Source: Gammaproteobacteria bacterium (lineage in GTDB: Bacteria > Pseudomonadota > Gammaproteobacteria > Eutrophobiales > Eutrophobiaceae). Taken from it: 64,000 nt of DNA. This document shows positions 10,721-19,935 of the stretch, piece after piece. The stretch lies in assembly GCA_965205405.1 (NCBI GenBank), contig OZ242169.1:333826-397825 (forward strand). Reading direction: 5' to 3'. The notes under the pieces are model-generated. The model made no database searches. It saw nothing but the letters and a program-made list of their open reading frames with translations, and was not told the origin of the DNA. The translations under genes and the position numbers were made by a program. Position 1 is the stretch's first letter; each line of letters opens with the position of its first letter.

Positions 10721-11805
10721 GGAGACGGGTAAGCGATCAGTTCACCCTGGACAGGCTGGCCAGGCTGCAACCTTTCATTGCCGCGGGTAATCACCTTATC
10801 TCCCGGGGAAACATCACCGTCTACCACAGTCCACAACCCCATGGCGGCGCCGGGCGTCACCGGCGCCGGGATGGCGCTGCCTCCTTTGACCAGGTATACC
10901 ACAGTAATACGACCCTGGCGGACGATGGCGTCCTTGGGGACCAGCGTACCTACCGTGGATTGTCCCAACGGAAACGTCGCTCTGGCGAGCATTCCGGCGC
11001 TGATATTTTCGCTGGAATTGCTTAGTCGCAATTTAACCGTGAAAGTATGGGCACTGGTATCCACCCTGGGAATGAGCGCGCGGATATAGGCCGGATAAGT
11101 CTGGCCGGGGTGGGAGTCGAAGGTAATGCTTGCCTCCACACCAACTTTAAGAGCATTGAAATATTTCTCCGGCACATCCACGTGAACTTCCTGGATATCC
11201 GTAGATAAAACTTCCAATACGCTGTCGCCAACCTTACTCCACTGTCCGACTTCAGTATAGCGGGAAACCACTACACCATTAAACGGCGCGCGGATCGTGC
11301 TCCGGTTTATATCAAATTGAATACTTGCTATCTCTGCGCGCAATGTTTCGATGCGGCCCTGCCAGGCGTCGAATTCATATTGTGATTCATCAAGTTGCTG
11401 AGGTGATATGGTCTTGGATTCAACCAGACCCCTGAACCGTTCCAGGTTTTTTTCCGCCAGCTTCTCCCGTGCCTGCGCTTCTTTCAATCTGGCTTGAGCG
11501 GCCTGCAGTTTCAATTCCAACGGCGTGGTGCGGAGCATCACCAGGGCTTGACCCCTGGCCACTCGATCCCCTTCCCTTACCTTGAGTTCCGTCACCAGCC
11601 CATCTATTTCACTGGCAAGCACACTGACGTTGGGCGCTTCGACATAACCTGGCAATTGCACTGTCTGTTCGACCGGTTGTTCGATCGCCTCGGTATAATT
11701 TACCGGGGCTGCCCGTTGCACGTCCTCCTGACCGTAAACCGTTGCGGCTGAACAGGATAGGAAAAGGAAAGCTTCCAGGAAACTGATAACTGCTGATTTA
11801 GGCAT
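10717..11805 (-). CDS. RND efflux periplasmic adaptor (membrane fusion protein)
   Basis: A 362-aa ORF with a signal peptide, coiled-coil and biotinyl-like domains, overlapping the pump gene by 4 bp. Confidence 0.85.
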   Translation of the reverse strand: MPKSAVISFLEAFLFLSCSAATVYGQEDVQRAAPVNYTEAIEQPVEQTVQLPGYVEAPNVSVLASEIDGLVTELKVREGDRVARGQALVMLRTTPLELKLQAAQARLKEAQAREKLAEKNLERFRGLVESKTISPQQLDESQYEFDAWQGRIETLRAEIASIQFDINRSTIRAPFNGVVVSRYTEVGQWSKVGDSVLEVLSTDIQEVHVDVPEKYFNALKVGVEASITFDSHPGQTYPAYIRALIPRVDTSAHTFTVKLRLSNSSENISAGMLARATFPLGQSTVGTLVPKDAIVRQGRITVVYLVKGGSAIPAPVTPGAAMGLWTVVDGDVSPGDKVITRGNERLQPGQPVQGELIAYPSP

Positions 11806-11851
11806 TTTTCAGTTATCAGCGGTTAATACGCCTGTGATCCTTATAAAAAAA

Positions 11852-12346
11852 CTAAGAACCATCGGCCACTTCGTTAATTCGACCCGTGGCGCAATCGTAG
11901 ATAAAACCATGGATCCGATCCTTGTGGGGAATGAACGGACTGACGCGGATACGGGCCATGGATTGGCGCACATTCTGCTCCAGGTCTTTGAATGCTTCCA
12001 GTGCAAACGCCGGCCTCAGGCCGGTGTCGGCTTCGATTTCGTCTTTGAAAGCGTCATCGCGAAAGGTAAGCATCCCACAATCGGTATGTTGTATCAGCAC
12101 TATTTCCCGTGTCCCCAGCAGGCGCTGGGAGATCACCAGTGAGCGGATTACATCGTCACTGACTACAGCGCCGGCGTTGCGTATTACGTGTGCATCGCCT
12201 TCTACAAGACCCAATACCTGGTGGGGGTCCAGACGAGCGTCCATACAGGCTACTACCGCCAACTTTCGCGCCGGCGGCAAAGGCAGATTGCCCTTATCAA
12301 AGCCCTCGGCATAGCGGGCGTTGTTAAGGAGGAGTTCATCTATCAT
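11852..12346 (-). CDS. β-class carbonic anhydrase
   Basis: A 164-aa ORF with the zinc-ligand motifs CMDAR...HTDCG. Confidence 0.75.
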   Translation of the reverse strand: MIDELLLNNARYAEGFDKGNLPLPPARKLAVVACMDARLDPHQVLGLVEGDAHVIRNAGAVVSDDVIRSLVISQRLLGTREIVLIQHTDCGMLTFRDDAFKDEIEADTGLRPAFALEAFKDLEQNVRQSMARIRVSPFIPHKDRIHGFIYDCATGRINEVADGS

Positions 12347-12437
12347 GGTCGTCAGCTTATTAACAGGTTGATCCAGAGGCTACACAGGCTACCACAAGCA
12401 GAAAAAGAGAAAAAGGGAACAGATTTATTTTCCCGCG

Positions 12438-12490
12438 ATATTTGGGGTCAGTGTAAAAATACAAAGAATTTTTACACTGACCCCAAATTT
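12438..12490. mobile_element. MITE-like element, copy 6 (minimal 53-bp hairpin with GTGTAAAAA variant)
   Basis: ATATTTGGGGTCAGTGTAAAAATAC-aaagaa-TTTTTACACTGACCCCAAATTT, lying between the carbonic anhydrase and the IMPase gene. Confidence 0.85.
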
Positions 12491-12491
12491 C

Positions 12492-13289
12492 TTAGTTCAG
12501 TAATTCCAGGGTTTCTCCGTGTAATTTTTCGCCGGCCGCGGCGATGATCATTCCACCGTTTACCGCAGTATTACCCTGCCAGTCGGTAATAATGCCGCCG
12601 GCGCCTTCAACAATCGGGATCAGGGGCATAATGTCGTAAGCCGAAAGACCACCTTCTATGACCAGGTCAACATAACCCCCGGCCAGCATCCCGTAACCAA
12701 GACATTCCGTCCCAAAGCGGGAAAACTGACACCTGGAAGCCACGTGCATAAATTTTTCCCGCGTCTCATCCGTCGGGTACATACTGGGGTGGGTACAGCA
12801 CACGATGGACTTGTCCAGGCTTTCAGACCGGCGCACTTTCATCCGCTTGCGTTCCCCTCCCCGGATAAAATAAGCGGTATCTCCGTCGCCTAAATAGGTC
12901 TCTTTAACGTAGGGTTGACGCATGCCGCCGACCAGGCATTCATCAGCCTGTTTCAGTCCAACCAGCACTCCCCACATGGGCGAACCCGAGATGAAGCCCC
13001 GGGTGCCGTCAATGGGATCAATCAACCAGGTAAACGAACTTGCGCCGCCTTTTGCGCCAAATTCCTCGCCGACGATGGCGTGGTCAGGGTATTCTTCGCT
13101 GATTCTCTGCCGGATAAATTCCTCTGTTTCCCTGTCAGCCTGGGTAACGGGATCATAAGCTTTACCCTTTTGGCGTTTATCAGTCACCGTCAGGTTGCCG
13201 CGGAAATGTTTCAGCGAAATCTCACCGGCCTGTTCGATCATCGTCTCCAGGAATACCAGATATTCTGCGGCTGCTTGGGTATTATTCAT
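12492..13289 (-). CDS. Inositol monophosphatase family protein (SuhB/HisN-like)
   Basis: A 265-aa ORF with the IMPase motifs WLIDPIDGT and a DD metal-binding site. Confidence 0.8.
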   Translation of the reverse strand: MNNTQAAAEYLVFLETMIEQAGEISLKHFRGNLTVTDKRQKGKAYDPVTQADRETEEFIRQRISEEYPDHAIVGEEFGAKGGASSFTWLIDPIDGTRGFISGSPMWGVLVGLKQADECLVGGMRQPYVKETYLGDGDTAYFIRGGERKRMKVRRSESLDKSIVCCTHPSMYPTDETREKFMHVASRCQFSRFGTECLGYGMLAGGYVDLVIEGGLSAYDIMPLIPIVEGAGGIITDWQGNTAVNGGMIIAAAGEKLHGETLELLN

Positions 13290-13293
13290 TTAC

Positions 13294-14844
13294 TTAAACG
13301 GTCTCCACGTCCTGCCCCTTGATATAATCCGGCTTATCCCTTATCTCAATGATCTTCTGGCGTTCTTCGTCCGCTCTTCTGACCAGTTCTTCAATGTCGC
13401 CCAGGTCACACACTTTTCGGGCAAGCTCAACCAGGGGACCATCGACGGCGTATTCAACCCGCTGCATTGTCAGCAGCTTGATTAAAAATACGGGAGTCCC
13501 GTTAAAGCGTTCAAAGATTTCATGGCGCGCGCCGGCTTCAGAATAAAACCGATCACGGATGACTTTGACTATCTTCATTTTATCCCGGGCGCTGATATGG
13601 GGACCGCGTAAAGCATTTGCCAGGCGCCCGCCGATATACTCATCATCAAGATCGGCTTCGGTGGGTTGCATCATAATGCTGCGACCGCACAGATCAGTGA
13701 GTACTTCAATATGCTTATTAATATTTTCAATATAATAGGCGCGGGCCAGATCGACAAAAATATTATTGGGTTTATACAGCCCCCCCGGCGTTACGTTACC
13801 GGTTTCTTCAGAGGCGATAGTGAATGCCCGGCAGGTCTCGCGAAAACGGATCATGTCTGCCAACTGGGACACCACAACCGGATGCTTGGAGGTTCCCAGC
13901 GATTCCGTCAGCAACAAACCCAGACCGGCGAGCAATTCGGCATTAACCACCTGGCGAACCTGTGTCTCGACGTGAATCCAGTCGAAGATACGCTGCGGAT
14001 AAAGCCTGGCGTGATCTTCGTTACCCAGGTGAAACACGTTCTCCCAGGGGATAAGGACATTGTCGAAATAGGCCATCGAGTCCAACTCATCACCTTGCGA
14101 GGAAAACCGATAATCGTACTCTTTGGTATCGTCTTTTGCATAAGAATCCCTGGCAACGTGGGTCACGCCTTCCTGGCTGGTCGGCACGCGAGCATAAATT
14201 ACCTGGTCGGAAGTGGTACCATAATTCCACAGTACACCCAGGTTCATCCAGTTACTGAATACCGTGCTTGTTCCTATCGCTTTCCAACCTTCAACGAGGA
14301 CCCCGTCATCACGTTCTTCAGCTATACGCAACATGGGTACTTTTTCACCATCTCCCTGTGCCCGGTTATATTGTAAATCGAGAAACAATGGCGCAGCAAA
14401 CAGGTCACCGTCGCGTAATTCCTGCCATGCGTTGCGGATATTCCGGGCCATGGGCCGGCCTTTGCCGAACACCGTCTGCTCTTCCCACGGTTCGGGATCA
14501 TCAAACAAGGTATACAGGGTCGTGTTATTGCTGCACGGCAGGCGGGTAAACATGCCTGCGTGAAAATTCCGGAATATATAATCGTAGTATTTACGTTTCT
14601 CTACTACATCATCCTTGCTCCGGGTCAGTTTCCATTGTTTTGATCGAAGCACACCATCCTCATCCGTAAAAGTCAGGTGTTCCCGGTTCTCCGGATCAAG
14701 ATGAAAATCATAGAAAGCAGCGACCTGGTGAGCATAACCGCGGGTTTTGGGGTGGGTGGTAATATCGTCAATCCATTCACCGCCACAGAGCACGCGCCGC
14801 CCGTCACGCACCGATTCCAGGTACTCTTTGCCTGTTCTCAACAT
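13294..14844 (-). CDS. HpaB-family two-component flavin-dependent monooxygenase, oxygenase component
   Basis: A 516-aa ORF with 4-hydroxyphenylacetate 3-monooxygenase-like sequence throughout. It pairs with a divergent flavin reductase gene. Confidence 0.8.
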   Translation of the reverse strand: MLRTGKEYLESVRDGRRVLCGGEWIDDITTHPKTRGYAHQVAAFYDFHLDPENREHLTFTDEDGVLRSKQWKLTRSKDDVVEKRKYYDYIFRNFHAGMFTRLPCSNNTTLYTLFDDPEPWEEQTVFGKGRPMARNIRNAWQELRDGDLFAAPLFLDLQYNRAQGDGEKVPMLRIAEERDDGVLVEGWKAIGTSTVFSNWMNLGVLWNYGTTSDQVIYARVPTSQEGVTHVARDSYAKDDTKEYDYRFSSQGDELDSMAYFDNVLIPWENVFHLGNEDHARLYPQRIFDWIHVETQVRQVVNAELLAGLGLLLTESLGTSKHPVVVSQLADMIRFRETCRAFTIASEETGNVTPGGLYKPNNIFVDLARAYYIENINKHIEVLTDLCGRSIMMQPTEADLDDEYIGGRLANALRGPHISARDKMKIVKVIRDRFYSEAGARHEIFERFNGTPVFLIKLLTMQRVEYAVDGPLVELARKVCDLGDIEELVRRADEERQKIIEIRDKPDYIKGQDVETV

Positions 14845-15038
14845 GTCTTGTTTCCTCTGATATATTGTTTTTGCTATTTTCCGGTACCGCTTGGTACTTG
14901 CTTCATAATATATCCTACATTTTTACACAGAGAGTTCCAGATAATCCTGTTTTGGGAAAGGATGATGGCGCAAGTACGGGTTTTAATTTTTATTCAGATC
15001 ATTGATAATCAAGGGTAACCATTCAGTCAATACGGCAG

Positions 15039-15593
15039 ATGAAAAAATTTCTTCGCGATACCAATATCAATACTGAGCGATTCCGCGTCGGCATGGCGCA
15101 ACTGACCGGCGCCGTGAATATTATCGCCACCCGTAACGGCGACGTCCGATCAGGGTTGACCGCAAGCGCTGTTTGCTCTTTTTCAGCAGAACCCGCTCGC
15201 CTGCTGGCCTGCGTGAACTTCAGCGGCAACAGTTTTCAGCATATAGCAGAGAGCCGCTGCATGAGCGTCAACGTGCTTGCACAGAGCCAGGAAACACTGG
15301 CTAAACGCTTTGCCGACATGCTCGGTGATAATCGTGAAGACCGTTTTAAATACGGGAAGTGGATAGAACTGGTAACCGGGGCGCCGGTGTTGGAGGAGGC
15401 ACTGGCCGGTTTTGATTGCACCGTGGAAGAAATGCTGGTCGCCCATACCCACGCGGTCATCATCGGCGAGGTAAAGGACGTAATCGTCAATGGCGGCAAG
15501 AAACCTCTACTCTACTCAAACCGGGCGTTTACCACCACCATGGGCCATTATGATGACCTGCACCTGGATTACAGCATGTCCCCCTGGTATTAA
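15039..15593 (+). CDS. NAD(P)H-flavin reductase (HpaC/RutF-like)
   Basis: A 184-aa flavin reductase-like domain. Confidence 0.75.
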   Translation: MKKFLRDTNINTERFRVGMAQLTGAVNIIATRNGDVRSGLTASAVCSFSAEPARLLACVNFSGNSFQHIAESRCMSVNVLAQSQETLAKRFADMLGDNREDRFKYGKWIELVTGAPVLEEALAGFDCTVEEMLVAHTHAVIIGEVKDVIVNGGKKPLLYSNRAFTTTMGHYDDLHLDYSMSPWY

Positions 15594-15609
15594 GCTACAG
15601 GGAATTTTT

Positions 15610-15840
15610 GCCACAGAGGACACAGAGATCACAGAGATAAGTGTTTAATGCCTTCATGGAGTCTGGTGACGCCAAGTGATTAACAGACTTCGTCTTAGTC
15701 CGGTCTTTTTAAGTAACCGTAGCAACCGGGGACAAATTTAAATCTGCCCCAGTCATTTAAGATGAATTGATAAACAAGCAGGTTCCCCCCACATTAAAAA
15801 GATTCTCGATCCACTCTGTGATCTCTGTGTCCTCTGTGGC
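15610..15840. repeat. Perfect 27-bp inverted repeat (GCCACAGAGGACACAGAGATCACAGAG) bracketing a 177-bp core
   Basis: The copies at 15610-15636 and 15814-15840 are exact reverse complements. The element lies between the convergent hpaC-like and MFS genes. CACAGAG is reiterated three times inside each arm. Confidence 0.8.
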
Positions 15841-15845
15841 TAAAG

Positions 15846-17219
15846 TCACACTCGCAAATTGCCTCTTTTGAACGAGAAATAAACGCCGGCGAAACATAGC
15901 AGAGAGGTAACGATAAAGCTGGCGTTGATGCTGGCAAGTAAATTTCCGTGTTGTTCCGGCGAAATCTGCACGGGGCCTAATACCAGCGCAAAAACAAGGG
16001 TCACAATCCCCATGCTGAACATCTGTCCCACCACGCGCATGGTCGCTATTGTCCCGGCAGCCGAGCCCAGGTGTTTCCTTTCCACCGAACCCATGACGGC
16101 ATTGGAGTTCGGTGAGGAAAATAGTGAAAACCCGAGACCAATAACAATTAGAGCGGTCACAACGAATAGCGTTGACGTCTGCAGGTTCAGCATGGCGAGC
16201 AAAGCCAGGCCGATCGCGGTTAAGCCCATGCCCGAGGAAGCGAGGAGGCGCGGTTCATGCCGGTCAGACATCCTGCCTGCCAGCGGGGAAAACAATGTCA
16301 TCACCAGGGGTTGGGAGATCATGACTAAACCGGCAAACTGAGGGGTAAATCCCTTGATATTCTGCAAGTACAGGCTCATTAAAAACGTCAGCGAGAACGT
16401 GGAGGAATACATGATCAACGCGGCCATACAGGAGTAGCTGAATACCTGGTTATCGGTAAAAAGGTTGACATTGAAGAGTGGATGTTCCAGTTTCTTTTCG
16501 TACTTGAAAAAAACGGACAAGCCGATACCACTCAGTATGATCAGCATAGCGCCGAATGCGGTGGGCAGTTCAGAGAAGCCATACATCAGGGCTATCATCG
16601 AAGCGCCATAGATAATGGCGCCGGGAAAATCAAACTTTTGTCCTGCCGGGCCGCGCCACTCTCCTTTTAAATTAACCAGCGCCACGATAATAACCAGGAT
16701 CACCAACGGAACGTGGAAAACAAACACGCTGCGCCAGCCGAATTGCTGGGTAGCCCAACCACCGATAAACGGTCCGCAGGTCAACCCAAGGTAAACGAAT
16801 GAAACGGACAATCCCAATACTCTCCCGCGTTTCTCCGGAGGAAAAACGGAAGACAGGATGGCAATACCGGTGCCAAACAACATTGCCGCACCCATTCCCT
16901 GCAATACCCGGCACAGGATCAATATCAGCGGCGTTTGCGCGAGGGATGCAAGAATCGACGCAATGGTCACCGTCGTCATGCCCGACAGGAACATTTTCTT
17001 GCGACCATACATGTCACCCAGGCGTCCGAACGGCAATAAAAATACGGCGCTTGATAACAGGTATGCCAGGGGAATCCAGCTTGCTGTGATCGCATCGATT
17101 TGCAACCCTTCTACAATAGTCGGGATGGCCACGTTTACGGCCGATAACATCAGCGGAGTAATAAAAGCGCCCATGCAGACCACTATGAGCGCCGTTCTTT
17201 GCAGGGTTTGTTCAGACAC
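15846..17219 (-). CDS. MFS transporter (DHA2/EmrB-like, 14 TMS)
   Basis: A hydrophobic 457-aa ORF with MFS motifs. Confidence 0.85.
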   Translation of the reverse strand: MSEQTLQRTALIVVCMGAFITPLMLSAVNVAIPTIVEGLQIDAITASWIPLAYLLSSAVFLLPFGRLGDMYGRKKMFLSGMTTVTIASILASLAQTPLILILCRVLQGMGAAMLFGTGIAILSSVFPPEKRGRVLGLSVSFVYLGLTCGPFIGGWATQQFGWRSVFVFHVPLVILVIIVALVNLKGEWRGPAGQKFDFPGAIIYGASMIALMYGFSELPTAFGAMLIILSGIGLSVFFKYEKKLEHPLFNVNLFTDNQVFSYSCMAALIMYSSTFSLTFLMSLYLQNIKGFTPQFAGLVMISQPLVMTLFSPLAGRMSDRHEPRLLASSGMGLTAIGLALLAMLNLQTSTLFVVTALIVIGLGFSLFSSPNSNAVMGSVERKHLGSAAGTIATMRVVGQMFSMGIVTLVFALVLGPVQISPEQHGNLLASINASFIVTSLLCFAGVYFSFKRGNLRV

Positions 17220-17281
17220 GGGGATTTAGCCGGCCTCCGGCGTCATTATTTTACTCATATAGAAACGTCAGGAACAATTGT

Positions 17282-18307
17282 TCAGTAGTTCAGGTAATCG
17301 TCCACCAGGCTGAATACCAGTTCAATGATAAACGGTGTCATTTCTTTTGCGGTTTCCGTTTCGGAACGGGTATGCATCCAACCGAGATAGGTGGTGGCCC
17401 GCGCCATGAAGATAGTCGGCAGCCAACTGAGGTGTTCATCCGTCAGGGGTCTGTTTTTCCGGTAGCCCATGATTAACGCTTCCTGCGCCAGGTTAAAATG
17501 TTCTGTACCTTGCAGAAAAAAGATTGAGGTGGCGAGGTCGAACAAATACCAGCCATAGCCGCAATCATCGAAATCAATAACCCGCACACCGTCTTCGTCT
17601 GTCAGAACGTTCTCATAGACCAGGTCAGCGTGGATTAAGCCATACCCGTCCGGCGCCGTAGCCAATGCGGTCAGTTCCGTGCGTAATTTGTCTCTCACCT
17701 TGAGCATCCTGTCCTTCTGCCGTGAACTGAGGGCCGGCAATTCCCAGAAACGCCCCCAGAAAGGCCGATCACCGGTAAGGCCATCAAGGTCCCAGGCATG
17801 CCGGGTAAAACCCTCCGGTTCGCGCCAGTGTTCTGCATGGTTGTGCATCTTCGCCATGATACTGCCCAGCGTAATAAACTGTTCGCGTATCTCGTGCGCG
17901 GCGCCCTCCAGTCCCTCCTCCAGGCTGCCCAGTTGCATGCCTTCTATCCAGTCTACGATATCAACCTGGCGCGGTTCCGGAACCCCGATCGTCTCCACAA
18001 TTTCAAACATGCGATTATTGCTTGAACGGCGCAGGACCGGCGTTAACACCCCGTATTCCGTTAAACTGCCTATCCACTGCCACTCGGAGCGAAGCTCGGC
18101 GTCACTGTGGTAGCCTGCCCGGTGGACACGGACTACATATTTTCCGGCCGTGGCCTGGTCAAAGACGGAGTAGACCCCATTCTCGCGCAGCTTGAGCAAC
18201 GCCAAAGGTGAATTGCTGTCAATATCCCACAAGGGTAACGCGTCACGCACCAGGGCTTCATAGCGTTTTTCCAATTCGACTATGGGCAATTGATAAAAGT
18301 CATTCAT
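17282..18307 (-). CDS. Aminoglycoside phosphotransferase / homoserine kinase type II-like kinase (APH fold)
   Basis: Brenner motif IHADLVYENVL and a DFDD metal site. It overlaps the upstream amidase by ATGA. Confidence 0.7.
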   Translation of the reverse strand: MNDFYQLPIVELEKRYEALVRDALPLWDIDSNSPLALLKLRENGVYSVFDQATAGKYVVRVHRAGYHSDAELRSEWQWIGSLTEYGVLTPVLRRSSNNRMFEIVETIGVPEPRQVDIVDWIEGMQLGSLEEGLEGAAHEIREQFITLGSIMAKMHNHAEHWREPEGFTRHAWDLDGLTGDRPFWGRFWELPALSSRQKDRMLKVRDKLRTELTALATAPDGYGLIHADLVYENVLTDEDGVRVIDFDDCGYGWYLFDLATSIFFLQGTEHFNLAQEALIMGYRKNRPLTDEHLSWLPTIFMARATTYLGWMHTRSETETAKEMTPFIIELVFSLVDDYLNY

Positions 18308-19758
18308 TGCTTCGTAGTCCGGGGACGGAATTCAATTCCGTCCCCTTTTGCACGAATCTCAGGGCGCGGCAGGAAACCAACCTCATCCTGCAGAGCCTTG
18401 CCAATGGCCAGTATTTTCCGATCTGAGCCCGCAGGCCCTTCCAGACATACGCCGACGGGCATGCCGTTATCAGCCAGACCCACGGCGACGGACAGGCTAG
18501 GCATGCCTACGTTACTCGAAGGGTCGGTATTGCGAATTATCGTCGGCATGGTAGGGAGTTGTTGTCCGTTCAGTTCAACGGTATTGTCATGGCCTATGGG
18601 GGGTGCGGTCAAGGATACTGTGGGAATGACCAGTGCATCGAAATTGTTGTCGGCAAAATAGTCAGATAATACCGCCTGCATTTCCGGGCGATGAATGGCA
18701 ATCGCATCCCGGTACGCCGCTTCGGAAACAGCGGCGCCGGATACAACCGCGCTATAAACTTCTTTCACATCCGGGCTGGCAATTTGCGCAAGTATGTCTT
18801 CGATAGACACGCCGGGAGCGAAAGTTGCGAGATATTCAATCATGTCGCGGCGGGCCTCGTACAACGCCACAGGGAAACCCACCTTATCGTTTAATTCACT
18901 CACCCGTTCAAGATCCACTTCCACCAGGGCTTTGCATGACGCGGCCAGCAGGTCTAAGGTGGTTTCGATAACGTTTTCCATACCCGTTTCCAGATTTTCA
19001 TAATAATAAGCCCGGGGGACTCCCAGCCTTACATCGGCTAAATTGATTGTTTCAACAGGTCCCGGGTCGGCGGCCATGACCCGGTCCAGCAACTGTATAT
19101 CCTCAACCGCCCTGGCCATGGGCCCCGGCGTATCGCGGGTAGTGGAAATAGGGATGACGCCGGCCGTCGGATAACGCCCGACGGTTGGCCGGAACCCGCA
19201 TATTCCGCAAAGAGCGGCAGGCAAGCGCGTTGATCCGCCGGTATCGGTGCCGAGCCCGGCAGACAATATGCCCGCGCCGATAGCGGCTGCGGTACCGCCA
19301 CTGCTGCCTCCTGGAATCAGGTCCGGGTTATAGGGGTTTCTTGCCGGTCCGAATGTGGGGTTGTTATTGGTGATGCCAAAGGCCAGTTCGTGCATGTTTG
19401 CCTTGCCGAAGATGACGGCGCCGGCATCAAGCAATAGCTGGGCTGCGGGGGCATTTGCCGGCGGGAAATGCCCTTTCAGCGCCGGCGTACAACCTGTGGT
19501 GGGCAGGTCCGCGCTGTTGATATTGTCTTTCAGCAACAGGGGAGCGCCAAGCAGGGCTGGATTGGCGCCAGCCTGTCGTTGCCTGTCACGTCGAGCTGCG
19601 GCCTCCAGCAATCGGTCTTCATCCAGGCATATTACTGCATTTAATTGAGCCACCTCCTTGTTACGCTCCAACATGGCCCGGACGTACTCGACCGCGCCGA
19701 ACTCCCCGGCCAGCATCCGTTCAAGCGCGTTGACCAGCGTCAATTCAAGGATATTCAC
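18304..19758 (-). CDS. Amidase signature family enzyme
   Basis: GGSSGGTAAAI (GGSS[GS]G) and a Ser-cisSer-Lys signature. Confidence 0.85.
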   Translation of the reverse strand: MNILELTLVNALERMLAGEFGAVEYVRAMLERNKEVAQLNAVICLDEDRLLEAAARRDRQRQAGANPALLGAPLLLKDNINSADLPTTGCTPALKGHFPPANAPAAQLLLDAGAVIFGKANMHELAFGITNNNPTFGPARNPYNPDLIPGGSSGGTAAAIGAGILSAGLGTDTGGSTRLPAALCGICGFRPTVGRYPTAGVIPISTTRDTPGPMARAVEDIQLLDRVMAADPGPVETINLADVRLGVPRAYYYENLETGMENVIETTLDLLAASCKALVEVDLERVSELNDKVGFPVALYEARRDMIEYLATFAPGVSIEDILAQIASPDVKEVYSAVVSGAAVSEAAYRDAIAIHRPEMQAVLSDYFADNNFDALVIPTVSLTAPPIGHDNTVELNGQQLPTMPTIIRNTDPSSNVGMPSLSVAVGLADNGMPVGVCLEGPAGSDRKILAIGKALQDEVGFLPRPEIRAKGDGIEFRPRTTKQ

Positions 19759-19762
19759 ACCA

Positions 19763-19877
19763 GATATTTGGATATTTGGGGTCAGTGTAAAAACTCTTGA
19801 CAGATTTTACCAGTACCTGAGATTCCGAATATGAGTTTTTACACTGACCCCAAATATCTACTGACCCCAAATATCTA
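19763..19877. mobile_element. MITE-like element, copy 7, with flanking partial repeats
   Basis: TIRs lie at about 19772-19794 and 19833-19857, with an extra ACCCCAAATATCT solo end. Confidence 0.85.
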
Positions 19878-19935
19878 GAACTCGTAACCAGCCTGTATGT
19901 ACCACTGTCGACCGCATCCGCCGGGCAGAACGTCA

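Noticed and set aside
12188-12547. A 119-aa ORF on the plus strand containing …DIWGQCKNTKNFYTDPKFL…
   Set aside because: It simply reads through MITE copy 6 and antisense sequence. The GQ(S/C)KN peptide is the translated terminal repeat, and the same artefact appears at 19745..19939.
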